The notes beneath the pieces are model-generated. The model did no database searches. It was not told the DNA's origin and was given only the letters and a program-made list of their open reading frames with translations. From assembly GCA_053919585.1 (NCBI GenBank), contig CM132800.1: a stretch of DNA of 64,000 nucleotides; one strand, written 5' to 3'. How positions within the stretch are numbered: the first letter of the stretch is position 1; every line of letters begins with the position of its first letter. Shown here one piece after another: positions 12,715 to 23,765 of this stretch. The stretch comes from Euprymna scolopes. Taxonomy: Eukaryota. The translations under genes and the position numbers were made by a program.

Positions 12715-13296
12715 TGTGACTTTTGGACGTGACCTTTACACGTCCTCGACCCTTTGATCGCAGCCCAGTTATGATCTGCACCCTGGTCGGTACAGTTATG
12801 ATATGTCGACTGGGCAACCAGGTCTGCCAACCGTTAGTACGTCGCGTCACCCAGTGAGTTCTTCGTTAAGGCGTTGGGGATTCTTCTCGGATGCTCGGTC
12901 CTCAAGGCCTATTCTCCGTGGATCGTCTAGTTATCCTGGGTGTTCGTTGACGGATACGGTGTCACAAATGGCAAATAACGAAATATCCACAGATGTGTCC
13001 TTGCACGTGTGACCTTTACCGTGGTCACATTTGGCAAATAAAGAATGTACATATATACGGATCAACGCACATCAGCAACAAAACTCCGGAGGTTAGTTAA
13101 TATAATATATATTTCGGAAATTCATAAAAGAAGTATTTACAGCATATACATAGAGTTGACAATTAATTCAAGCAAGCAGTTAGTTTTACAACTGAGCTTC
13201 TGTTGTTAAAATACCTGGTCGGTATTGCGGACTTTGCGTAATTCTCATTAAGTAATCTATACGTATAAACGTTGAGTTATCAGGCAACAAGCGAGG

Positions 13297-13329
<33 letters not shown>

Positions 13330-14392
13330 GATTCTGCCGAGACTTATCTCTCTTTGACTCTTACTGCTCTTCACTGACTACTCTGTTCTACTGACTGACT
13401 TAATCTTTGATTTTTCACTTCTTTTATAATACAATTATGGAACGACTGATTATAATTCGACGGGGCCTTTTCTCATTGGTTGATTATACTTCGACAGGGC
13501 CCTTTCTCATTGGTCCATTTCCAACATTGGATTGACTCCTCCCTTAATTAACGCCCAACTTACACGGTGTATTAATTTACTCCTCCCTGGCTTACTAATG
13601 GAATTTTTCATATACAGGAAAATTATTTTTCCTTTTACTTAAAGCAAATCACGCGATTTTATTTGTTTTAAAATTATCTATTAATCTCACCTTTCGCTTT
13701 GATAATTCAAAGGAATTTTAGTTTATCTTTGAATTAAGTTCTGGTTGTCGGCCATTTTATTATATCAGACATTTTGTTTACGTCAAAAGACCAAGAATGC
13801 ATTTGTCGCTTTGAACTTATCGGCAACACACTTTCCCATCCGAGCAAAAATATTTCATAAATTCCCTTTTTTCGTTCGACCTGAATCACCAAATGACAAT
13901 TCTCGATACGTTATCTCATTGTTTTGAAATTTCGGACAATTCATTTTTTTTCCTCTTCTTTGTTCTAAACACAATGCCGAGTCACTGCGTGTGTTTCAAA
14001 AACAACCCGACTTTTCAACTTGTCAAATTCCCAGGTCAACTTTTGGCTCATAGTTTTTCCAATTGCGGGTGTGAAATCCCCACCCCTCCGGCTACTGTAC
14101 ACTATGATTTCGGCCATTGGAGATCAAACGCCTGTGTATTTTGGCTAACATATTTTATGCATTCTTTTTCGCTTTTGAAGTCTAGAATTTGATTCAACTT
14201 TTTGCTACAAAGGCACTCTTGCCGCCGCTATTTCAACAACAGACTTAGCTCAGAATTTATTCACATATAAAAATTAATAATAATTTTTATTCCTTCAACC
14301 CGATTATCGTCCGGGAACAAAAAATCACTTTTAACCAAAATAAACGTCACATCAACCCTACAGATCTGATGTGGCCTCTCTTTAGTCTTACA
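12715..14392 (-). repeat. 3' LTR (1678 bp)
   Basis: Direct repeat of 18058-19769; starts TGTAAG right after the PPT on the minus strand, ends ..GTCACA. Confidence 0.93.
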
Positions 14393-14402
14393 TTCGCCCC
14401 CC
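14393..14402 (-). promoter_or_regulatory. Polypurine tract
   Basis: GGGGGGCGAA immediately before the TG of the 3' LTR. Confidence 0.75.
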
Positions 14403-14899
14403 ATGGGGCGACGCTCTCCACAGGATACCGGCGCCCCATGTCCGTTAACACTCAAAGAGATTCTCTCATCTCATAACACAATTCTGGCCTACTCTGAAAG
14501 CGAGAAATTACTGAATTACATACAAAACAAATAATCATGCAGAAATTGAAAGTTCATATAAATGGCTACTGCCTTAACTCAGAGTGTTCAATAACAGTTC
14601 GTAGTGGTGGTTTCATAAGCAAAAATTTCATGTAACAAAATCGGTAATAGTGAAAAGTGTCTCTTTTTTTTTCTTCGTTTTGGAACATTAAGCATGCAAT
14701 TAGTCCTACATTAACATCACTTAATAGTGTTTAAAAATATTCTGTAGGTTCAGGTTCTTGTCGTAGGGGTGGATTTGGGGCGGGTTCCTCGTCGCTCGTC
14801 TGTAGCTTCGCCAGGTTAATGCGGACCCTTTTGTGATTCCTGACCAGGGTCGCTCCCCGCAGCGCCATAGGTCGCCAAGAGGCATTTCGAACACTCAAT

Positions 14900-15945
14900 T
14901 CCATACATCCACTTCTTCAAATAACACATCACCACCATTAATAGCCCTGCTATAACCCCTATTCAACCCGTCAGACCCCCACCATCACCAAGTTAGGAGG
15001 GTCGCACGTTGACTCCTGCTTAATTATGTGGTCCAACTGACGTTGTAAGCTGTCTAATCATAACCAGGCGATTCCGATAGACTACTCTAGTCTTAACTGT
15101 CCCTTTTCGACTATTCTAAGAAGCACCTTCTTTCGGATTCACCTCAGCTCTAACCCCTATAGGCTAATCTCGTAATCTTTCTCTTTTAGTTCGTGGTTCG
15201 TAGGGTTCAAATCATGCACTGCGGACCGTCAGACAACATACTTCAATCACTTGAGGATGTTTGTGGCATTCAACCCTAGAATGCCCATGCCCATCCGTGG
15301 CATTTTGGGAAGGGGCACACCCTGTGTCCCCTCAGATTGTATAGTCAGCCTTTATGACTGATATACCTCCCGGCTTTTCTGCCGAATTTTTAACACTTCC
15401 TCCTGCAGGTGTGCAAAACGCCCAGTAAGGGTGATTAAGTGTTGCTCTATTTTCATATTAAGTATGTAGAGACCGCTTCATTTACATAGGCTAATATCTT
15501 CTGTCCGTTTTTCACGGCTCTCAATCTTCGTCGGATACTTTCGACATTTTCCTCAGCAACCACACCAAACAGAGCTCCCCGGGCCCTACTTATGATAGGT
15601 ATTACCGCCCGTCTATGTCGACCTCCAAGTCTATTTATTCTCCAGTCAACCATTCTTGACCGAGACCTCCCGGCTTTTCTGCCGAATTTTATTCACTTCC
15701 TTCTTTCAGGACCTACCTGTCATAGGTATTATCGCCCACTCTATCGACCTCCAAGTCTACTTATTCTCCAGTCAACCATTCTTGACTGAGACCTCCCGGC
15801 TTTTCTGCCGAATTTTATTCACTTCCTTTTTCAGGACCTACATGTCATAGGTATTATCGCCCACTCTATCGACCTCCAAGTCTACTTATTCTCCAGTCAA
15901 CCATTCTTGACTGAGACCTCCCGGCTTTTCTGCCGAATTTTATAG
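14900..15945 (-). pseudogene. Internally deleted env-like gene (F-protein/errantivirus-type fusion motif)
   Basis: RHRR|AVIPIISRARGALFGVVAEENVESIRRRL at ~15520-15620, followed by heptad-like segments; hydrophobic LVMVGGLTG*IGVIAGLLMVV near 14930-14995. Confidence 0.65.
15594..15942. repeat. ~125-bp tandem repeat x ~2.8 within the env remnant
   Basis: Units start at 15594, 15721, 15846; partial extra copy near 15365-15410. Confidence 0.9.
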
Positions 15946-16610
15946 TTTCTCCCGTCAACAATTATGACGGCTACAGAAGGTTGTCTCCGCCCGTGCACAC
16001 CACTACCGTTTGCGTCCTTCGAATTAACGAGAAGACATCCTGAAGGATTCTTCCTTCTTGCGCTTTTCTTCTGAAACATTAAGGGTGCTTATCTTCTTCC
16101 TAACATGCGATCTCTGTTAGATTTTCCTTTCCACTAATGCGTATTCCAGACAACTAGCATTTAACTAAGCGGCCGATACTCGTGCTTTCGGTCGACTTAT
16201 TCTCGTATCTCTCATAATAGATTTAGTCCTAGAGCTTACCCTAGTGTTCTATTCCTAGTTCCCACTAATCTGTCTTCATCGTGACCTAGGGCGCTCTCTC
16301 TCTATCCATCTCTTCGTGCTTATAGAGTTGGCGGGTCGCAACTTCCTGTCGCCCCAACTCTCCTCCGGACACAGGCCTCGTGCCGCCCTGCCAGGGGTAT
16401 TCTCGGTACTAGGGTGCTTATCTTCTTCCTAACATGCGATCCCTGTCAGATTTTCCTTTCAACTAATGCGTATTCCAGACAACTAGCATTTAACTAAGCC
16501 ACCGCTACAGAGTTGGCGGGTCGAAACTTCCCCTTGCCCCCAACTCCCTTCCCGACACTGGCTTCGTGATGCACTGCCAGTAGTGCCCTCAGCCAGTGGG
16601 CACCCTCTTA

Positions 16611-17393
16611 TCAGAGGTCCTCCCTGTATCCTGCCACCGCCGCGGACATAGGGACCGGCAACAATAGGCCTCCTTGGGATCCGTCCGTACTCGGCACATT
16701 TTCTCTGGGGTCCGCCCCGGGCGGCTCCCCCTTCCTGGTGAGACATCCTTTCGTTATGTGCCCATCAGGGTTGTACGTGAAACAATAGCACTCACCTTCA
16801 TCAGGGGTCGGTTGACAGCGGCCGGATTGGGGCCCCTTGTTGGCCCTCGTACCTCTTTCCTGGGGCTGCAGTGACACATCCCCTGCAGCGCTCCCCAACT
16901 CTCTTATGTTGGGATCAGCTTCCGCCTCTGTCTCCCAATCCTCCTCGATCCCCCAAAGTTGGACATCCGAGACCTTCCTCTCTCGAACTTCCTCGACTTC
17001 GGGCTGGGGCGGGGTTTGTCGGGTCCGCTTGGCCGAGCGCCCCCTCCTCCGAGGTGGTCCTTGTGTGCCCGCCTCTCCCGATAATGTGGCGTGGATCAGT
17101 GTCCATTCTCGGCCGTTTGATAGGGCTCTGTCTGCCCTTATCTTCCCTTCTGTGCTACCCTTCTCTAGCACCTTGGCCGGCCTAGCCTGGATGGTCCCTT
17201 TTTCTTTCAGGATACCCTCCGACAACACCTTAGTTGCCCTCTCAGCCAGTTCCGCCACTTCCTCAGCTGCCTCCTGTAGCAGTCTGAGTAACTCCCTCGC
17301 CCAATCTCTCTCAGTACCAGTCTCCGTCACCACCCTCTCTACTCCCCCTAAAGCCTTGCTCTTATGTTCCACCGGCTCCGTCATTCTTGTCAA
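16611..17393 (-). CDS. gag-like ORF (260 aa) with degenerate zinc knuckle
   Basis: First long ORF after the PBS; coiled-coil-like N-terminus; CFTYNPDGHITKGC fits CX2CX4HX4C with one Cys replaced by Tyr. Confidence 0.6.
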   Translation of the reverse strand: MTRMTEPVEHKSKALGGVERVVTETGTERDWARELLRLLQEAAEEVAELAERATKVLSEGILKEKGTIQARPAKVLEKGSTEGKIRADRALSNGREWTLIHATLSGEAGTQGPPRRRGRSAKRTRQTPPQPEVEEVRERKVSDVQLWGIEEDWETEAEADPNIRELGSAAGDVSLQPQERGTRANKGPQSGRCQPTPDEGECYCFTYNPDGHITKGCLTRKGEPPGADPRENVPSTDGSQGGLLLPVPMSAAVAGYREDL

Positions 17394-18036
17394 ACGGGGA
17401 TTCGCCTGTCTATCCCTTTCTCACTATTTCCACAAGTAATGCCTCCAGGCGCCCCCAAACCACTGCGGAAAAAAAATACCCAAGTCAAAAAAATCACAAA
17501 AAAATAAGAGGGTCTCACTTATATCTCGCTTCGCTTCAGGTTCCGAGAGTCGAGTTCCCGTAGTTTGGGGTAGCACGCTCACTCACAGAGCGCAAGGAAA
17601 AAGTCTATACTGTTCAGTTTGTGATTTATTTTTCTTCTTTCTTCTTTAACTTCCAAATGACGCGTTGTCGTAGTTTCTTGTTGTTGGTTTGTCTCCTCAA
17701 TGACGTTGTGCCGTGGTAGTGTTTGTTGTCGATTGGTTCTTCAATGCAAGCAGCCGTTTCAGTTTTTGGTGGCTGGTTGGTTTTCTCCTTCAATTCAATA
17801 ATGCTGCGCTGTAGTTTATGATTTCCTTCAAAAACGTCGTGCCGTGGTAGTGTTTGTTGTCGATTGGTTCTTCAATGCAAGCAGCCGTTTCAGTTTTTGG
17901 TGGCTGGTTGGTTTTCTCTTTCAACTCAATAACGCTGCGCTGTAGTTTATGATTTCCTTCAAAAACGTTGTGCCGTGGTTTTTCTGCTGAGTTTTTCCTC
18001 CCGGTTGATGTGCCGTAGAAGCCCTTCAGGGTCCAA

Positions 18037-18055
18037 ATCCTGGTCGCCGTCACCA
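18037..18055 (-). promoter_or_regulatory. Primer binding site
   Basis: TGGTGACGGCGACCAGGAT 2 nt after the LTR CA end; resembles a tRNA-His-type PBS with mismatches. Confidence 0.7.
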
Positions 18056-18057
18056 GA

Positions 18058-19769
18058 TGTGACCTTTCGACGTGTGCCTTACACACGTCCTCGACCCTTT
18101 GATCGCAGCCCAGTTATGATCTGCACCCTGGTCGGTACAGTTATGATATGTCGACTGGGCAACCAGGTCTGCCAACCGTTAGTACGTCGCGTCACCCAGT
18201 GAGTTCTTCGTTAAGGCGTTGGGGATTCTTCTCGGATGCTCGGTCCTCAAGGCCTATTCTCCGTGGATCGTCTAGTTATCCTGGGTGTTCGTTGACGGAT
18301 ACGGTGTCACAAATGGCAAATAACGAAATATCCACAGATGTGTCCTTGCACGTGTGACCTTTACCGTGGTCACATTTGGCAAATAAAGAATGTACATATA
18401 TACGGATCAACGCACATCAGCAACAAAACTCCGGAGGTTAGTTAATATAATATATATTTCGGAAATTCATAAAAGAAGTATTTACAGCATATACATAGAG
18501 TTGACAATTAATTCAAGCAAGCAGTTAGTTTTACAACTGAGCTTCTGTTGTTGAAATACCTGGTCGGTATTGCGGACTTTGCGTAATTCTCATTAAGTAA
18601 TCTATACGTATAAACGTTGAGTTATCAGGCAACAAGCGAGGGGGCGAGAGAGAGAGAGAGAGAGAGGTGATTCTGCCGAGACTTATCTCTCTTTGACTCT
18701 TACTGCTCTTCACTGACTACTCTGTTCTACTGACTGACTTAATCTTTGATTTTTCACTTCTTTTATAATACAATTATGGAACGATGACGACACCCATGTT
18801 CGTCATCGAACAATCAAATTGCTTGATTATAATTCGACGGGGCCTTTTCTCATTGGTTGATTATACTTCGACAGGGCCCTTTCTCATTGGTCCATTTCCA
18901 ACATTGGATTGACTTCTCCCTTAATTAACGCCCAACTTACACGTTGTATTAATTAACTCCTCCCTGGCTTACTAATGGAATTTTTCATATACAGGAAAAT
19001 TATTTTTCCTTTTACTTAAAGCAAATCACGCGATTTTATTTGTTTTAAAATTATCTATTAATCTCACCTTTCGCTTTGATAATTCAAAGGAATTTTAGTT
19101 TATCTTTGAATTAAGTTCAGGTTGTCGGCCATTTTATTATATCAGACATTTTGTTTACGTCAAAAGACCAAGAATGCATTTGTCGCTTTGAACTTATCGG
19201 CAACACACTTTCTTATCCGAGCAAAAATATTTCATAAATTCCCTTTTTTCGTTCGACCTGAATCACCAAATGACAATTCTCGATACGTTATCTCATTGTT
19301 TTGAAATTTCGGACAATTCATTTTTTTTCCTCTTCTTTGTTCTAAACACAATGCCGAGTCACTGCGTGTGTTTCAAAAACAACCCGACTTTTCAACTTGT
19401 CAAATTCCCAGGTCAACTTTTGGCTCATAGTTTTTCCAATTGCGGGTGTGAAATCCCCACCCCTCCGGCTACTGTACACTATGATTTCGGCCATTGGAGA
19501 TCAAACGTCTGTGTATTTTGGCTAACATATTTTATGCATTCTTTTTCGCTTTTGAAGTCTAGAATTTGATTCAACTTTTTGCTACAAAGGCACTCTTTCC
19601 GCCGCTATTTCAACAACAGACTTAGCTCAGAATTTATTCACAAAGAAAAATTAATAATAATTTTTATTCCTTCAACCCGATTATCGTCCGGGAACAAAAA
19701 ATCACTTATAACCAAAATAAACGTCACATCAACCCTACAGGTCTGATGTGGCCTCTCTTTAGTGTTACA
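18058..19769 (-). repeat. 5' LTR (1712 bp)
   Basis: Direct repeat of 12715-14392 with an extra ~36-bp segment near 18785-18822. Confidence 0.93.
18728..18910 (-). promoter_or_regulatory. LTR core promoter: CCAAT boxes, TATA box, TCAGT initiator
   Basis: Minus strand has three CCAAT (~18850-18910), TATAAAAG (~18760-18767) and TCAGT about 30 nt downstream; same arrangement in the 3' LTR. Confidence 0.6.
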
Positions 19770-19784
19770 TATATGGAGAAGGCT

Positions 19785-20478
19785 AAACGAGAAACAAAGA
19801 CATGCGTATAATTCTCACATGTGAATAAACCTTCATTAGCCCCCAAAATTTTCAGTAGATGTCAAATCCTGGTGAACATGAACAAACGGTACAGGTGAAG
19901 GCCTTAACATATGTAAATTTGGGTTGTACACCATGCAAAAAAGAGAAATGACGACGTCCATTTTTTGCCCTCTCCCATTTAGACCCAAAAGACCCCAAGG
20001 CCTTAACATATTTAAATTTGAGTTTAGCACCATATAAAACTGCTAAATTTACATACACAGAAAACATTGGATACATATGGTAAAATAGTCTCAAAAATGG
20101 AGCGCTTTTATTAGCCTTAAAAGAGCCCCTGGGGCACACCCAAGAGTTATCGCGAAGTATAGGCAAACAAAATTACATCGAAATCAGTTAGTTAGAACTT
20201 TTCAGAAAGTTTTATAAAATCCAAAGCATCAAGTTTTTTTTTAATAAGCACAAAAGTATCAATTTTAACCATTTTTACCCGAAAACCTCCTAGGGGAGCA
20301 ACCGGAGTTTTCCTGGAAAATCCGCTCTGTTATTTTTACTCATATCATGTTTAATGTTTGTGCAAAATTAAAAAAAAATTCCAAGACGTAGTTATTGAGA
20401 AAAGTGCGCACAGACAAAAAGACGGGCGAACAAGGGTGAATTTACAGGTGCAGATTCCTTTTTGCGGGGGACCAATAA
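19785..20478 (+). mobile_element. Possible Helentron-associated (HINE/DINE-1-like) non-autonomous element
   Basis: A-rich start, internal duplication (aggccttaacatat x2), gaca/gacg-like motif, short terminal hairpin ttcct-ttttgc-gggga then A-rich end. Confidence 0.4.
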
Positions 20479-20528
20479 TATGAATAATATAAAATATAAA
20501 TGTAATTTTTCATTTATCTTATGTTGTT

Positions 20529-20574
<46 letters not shown>

Positions 20575-21628
20575 ATGTGTATGTGTATGTGTGTGTGTGT
20601 AAAATAAAATAAGAATCACGGTTAAGTTTATCAAACTAATAATAATGTGTGTGCATGTGCGTGTGTGTGTTTAAGAAATGGAGAGGGCGTGTAGGCGTAG
20701 ATATTTTGCTAAGTATTAAAAGTTTCATTCATACTTGTGCATTACATGCGTGTCCTTATTACATTGAAATCCACACTTTGGGGCGAGCTAGAGATGAAGA
20801 CATAATTCCGACAGAGTTTGCGCATTGTCCCGTGAGGACAGGCACATTGACGATGCGTACGCCGATGAAAGCGTTGACAGCACAAATGCGTCGCGTAAAT
20901 GGAATTAAAACGTCTCTTCCTGTTGCCAACACCGACTACGTTGAAATTACTCGAATCTCTTTCGCTTAATAACATCTGTAAATGAAGGTTGTTAAATATC
21001 TTCGCGGAGCATGGCGATATTGAATATTGCATAGTAAGGCCGGCGTTATTATAAGTTCCTGGCTTGTAATTGATTGCGCTCAGTACAGATATAGAAATCT
21101 TAGCCAAATCATTTCGATCTAACTTTATCACTCTTTGTGTCTTCATATAAATGTATTTATTTTTATATCAATATTATATACATATACATACATATATATA
21201 TATAATTTCAAAATAGTTTATATATACATACATATATCTATATATTTATATATATAAAATTCAAAATGGCGTAGCAGAAACATATAAGGTATTTACAGTT
21301 TCTCTTCCAATTTTCGGATATATATATACCCCTATGATATTTTTTGTGCGTATTGATATTTATATTATAAACCATTTTTTTCTATTTTTTCATTTACTTA
21401 CCTCTCCATGAGGGCAGAGTTAGACACAAGGTCGATTTTTAATGTGGGGAGAAATCAGCTCTCTAAAAAGGGGCACTGGTTATTAATAAAAATATGGATG
21501 GAGTTCTTCTTCACCAACCGAGACCAAAAAAGTGAAGTGCAACATTAGAGCAGATACTACACTTTGATCCTACCCGAAGGTCAAGTACCCTTTTTTCTGT
21601 TTTTATTTAAAAAGAAAATACAACTTTG

Positions 21629-21673
<45 letters not shown>

Positions 21674-22169
21674 TCCTGGAATTGTATTCATCTGCAAAAA
21701 ATCTAGCTAATTTGCATATTCTTGTAAACATTAATTTTAGTTAATTCCCTAATAATCATTTCAGTTTTCTCATCGGATGGTCATCTTTAGTTTACCATTA
21801 CGTGTAATTATATTCATGCATATATTCTACATGATTTATACTTGCATAATATTTGCGTAAAAGATGTTATACTAAACACAAACATCTTTCTACATATATT
21901 TATGTATGCGTATATATATTTATTTAAATAAAAATGCCTACCAAGCTCCTCTTACAGTTTTTAGCTTACCGACATGAAACTTAATATATAGGGTATTCGC
22001 ACTCATGCAGAACTATATATTTAGGGTTTAGCCTGGGAGCATCCGTGCAAACGTGTGAAAATTGAAAAAATAGATATTATCCAGGTGAAGTTGAAGGGCA
22101 GCATTACGAATACGCATGTTGAATGTAATAGCTATTTGTTCATGTTTGCGGTAAGCACCGTCAGATGCG

Positions 22170-22845
22170 TGAAGAATAGGTATCAACCTGTCCTTTAGAT
22201 TTCATTTGACGGTGTCACGAAACCTGAGCTTTGGTCTGCCTATGCCTCGTACCCCATCCTCCAGTTGTGAAAACAGTAGCTGTTTTGGTAGTCGGGAGTG
22301 CTCCATTCTGTTTACGTGCCCGGTCTATCTCAGGTTTTTCCGGATGAGCAGGTCATACATGCTTGGGAGGTTGGCTTGTGATAGGATCTCCCTGTTGCTG
22401 ACAAAGTCATACCACTAGACATTTAAAATCTGCCGGAGGTGTCTCATCATATAGGTGTTGAGCTTGCGGGCTACCAGTTTGTACACTGGCAAAGTTTCTG
22501 CACCGTATAAGAGTGACGAGAGGGCGATGGCGCGGTACACCAAGCATTTAGTTCTGAAAGTCATGTCTTTATTTTGCCAGACCTTCTGTTTGAGTTTTCC
22601 ATAGGATATGGAGGTTAGCCATTCTTGTAGAAATCTCCTCGTCCATTTTGTTGTTGTTCATTACCGTAGTCCCTAGGTATTTGAATTTGCTGACATTGTA
22701 AAGCTCCTGGTCTTGAATCCTAATTGGCTGGCTTGTTGCTGGTGATCAAGGGGGGTGTTGGTCCATAATTTCGGTTTTCCTGATGTTAAACTTCAATCCG
22801 AATGCCTTGGCTGATCCTGAGAAGCGAGTTATTATGTCCTGAGCA
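22170..22845 (-). mobile_element. RTE (BovB-like) LINE RT 3' fragment, decayed
   Basis: FGLKFNIRKTEIM, FKYLGT, VYRAIALSSLLYGAET, GHVNRMEHSRLPKQLLFSQL..GRPKLRFRD. Confidence 0.9.
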
Positions 22846-23089
22846 TGCATGCATATGTGTGTATATATATATATATATATGTATGTCTGTTTGTGTATGC
22901 GTGGGTGGATGTATGTACAAAATCCACGATATTCCGTTATTTACTTACTGTGATCATTTGCTGGTTAACTTTTGACATCTCTGGTTTAATCACATGATGA
23001 AACCCTTGAGTAAGGTTAAGTTATAATAATATCTAAGAAGTAATTAAGTTATAATAATATCTGAAAATTCTTATTTTAACCACCCATTT

Positions 23090-23765
23090 CTTTTTTGTTC
23101 TACTGCTTCTATTTCGTCTTCTTCTCCTTCTTCTTATTCTCCTTCTTCTTCTCCTTCTTATTCTTATTCTTCTCCGTATTCTTTTTCTTTGTATTCTTCT
23201 TCTTTCCAGTTTCTTATTCTTTTTGTGCTTCTTACTAATGTCTATTTTTGTTGTTGCTTTTGTTGTCCATCTCCTTCTTATTCGTCTTTTTCTTCTTTTC
23301 TCTCTTCTTCTATCTTTAATTCTTTCAATTTATTATTTCTTTCTCTCCCTTTTCATACTCATTCTCCTAATTCACCTCTTGTACATTTTTCTACAATACT
23401 ACTGCTACGACTACTACTACTTCTACTACTACTACTTCCTTTCCTACCACCGTTTTTGTTTAATTCTGTCCATTGCATGTTTATTCTTCTTTATTTTCTT
23501 ACTCATTCCTGTATTACTTCTTATTTTTTTACGCCTTCACGTCGATATTATTCCATCATCCTAATAAACTGATTCTTCTTTCTCTTCTTTTTCAGTTTTT
23601 TCTTCCTTTTCCTTCTCTTTCTCCTTCTTCTTTTTCTTTTCTTTTTCTTCTTTTCTTCTTGTTCTTGTCTTCGCACTTATTATTCTCTCCATATTGTCCT
23701 TTTCACTTTTTTTCTCTTATTTCCTCATCCTATTTCTTCTTTTCCTCCCTTTTCAGTCTTTCTCG
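23090..23765. repeat. Pyrimidine-rich low-complexity tract, degenerate (TTC)n/(CTA)n
   Basis: Seen directly. Confidence 0.9.

Larger units (their letters stand above)
12715..19769 (-). mobile_element. Non-autonomous Gypsy-type LTR retroelement with gag and env remnants
   Basis: Two near-identical TG..CA LTRs, 4-bp TATA TSD (12711-12714 / 19770-19773), PBS and PPT on the minus strand. Confidence 0.92.

Noticed and set aside
16837-17439. 200-aa plus-strand ORF
   Set aside because: Ser/Leu-rich antisense shadow of the gag-like ORF
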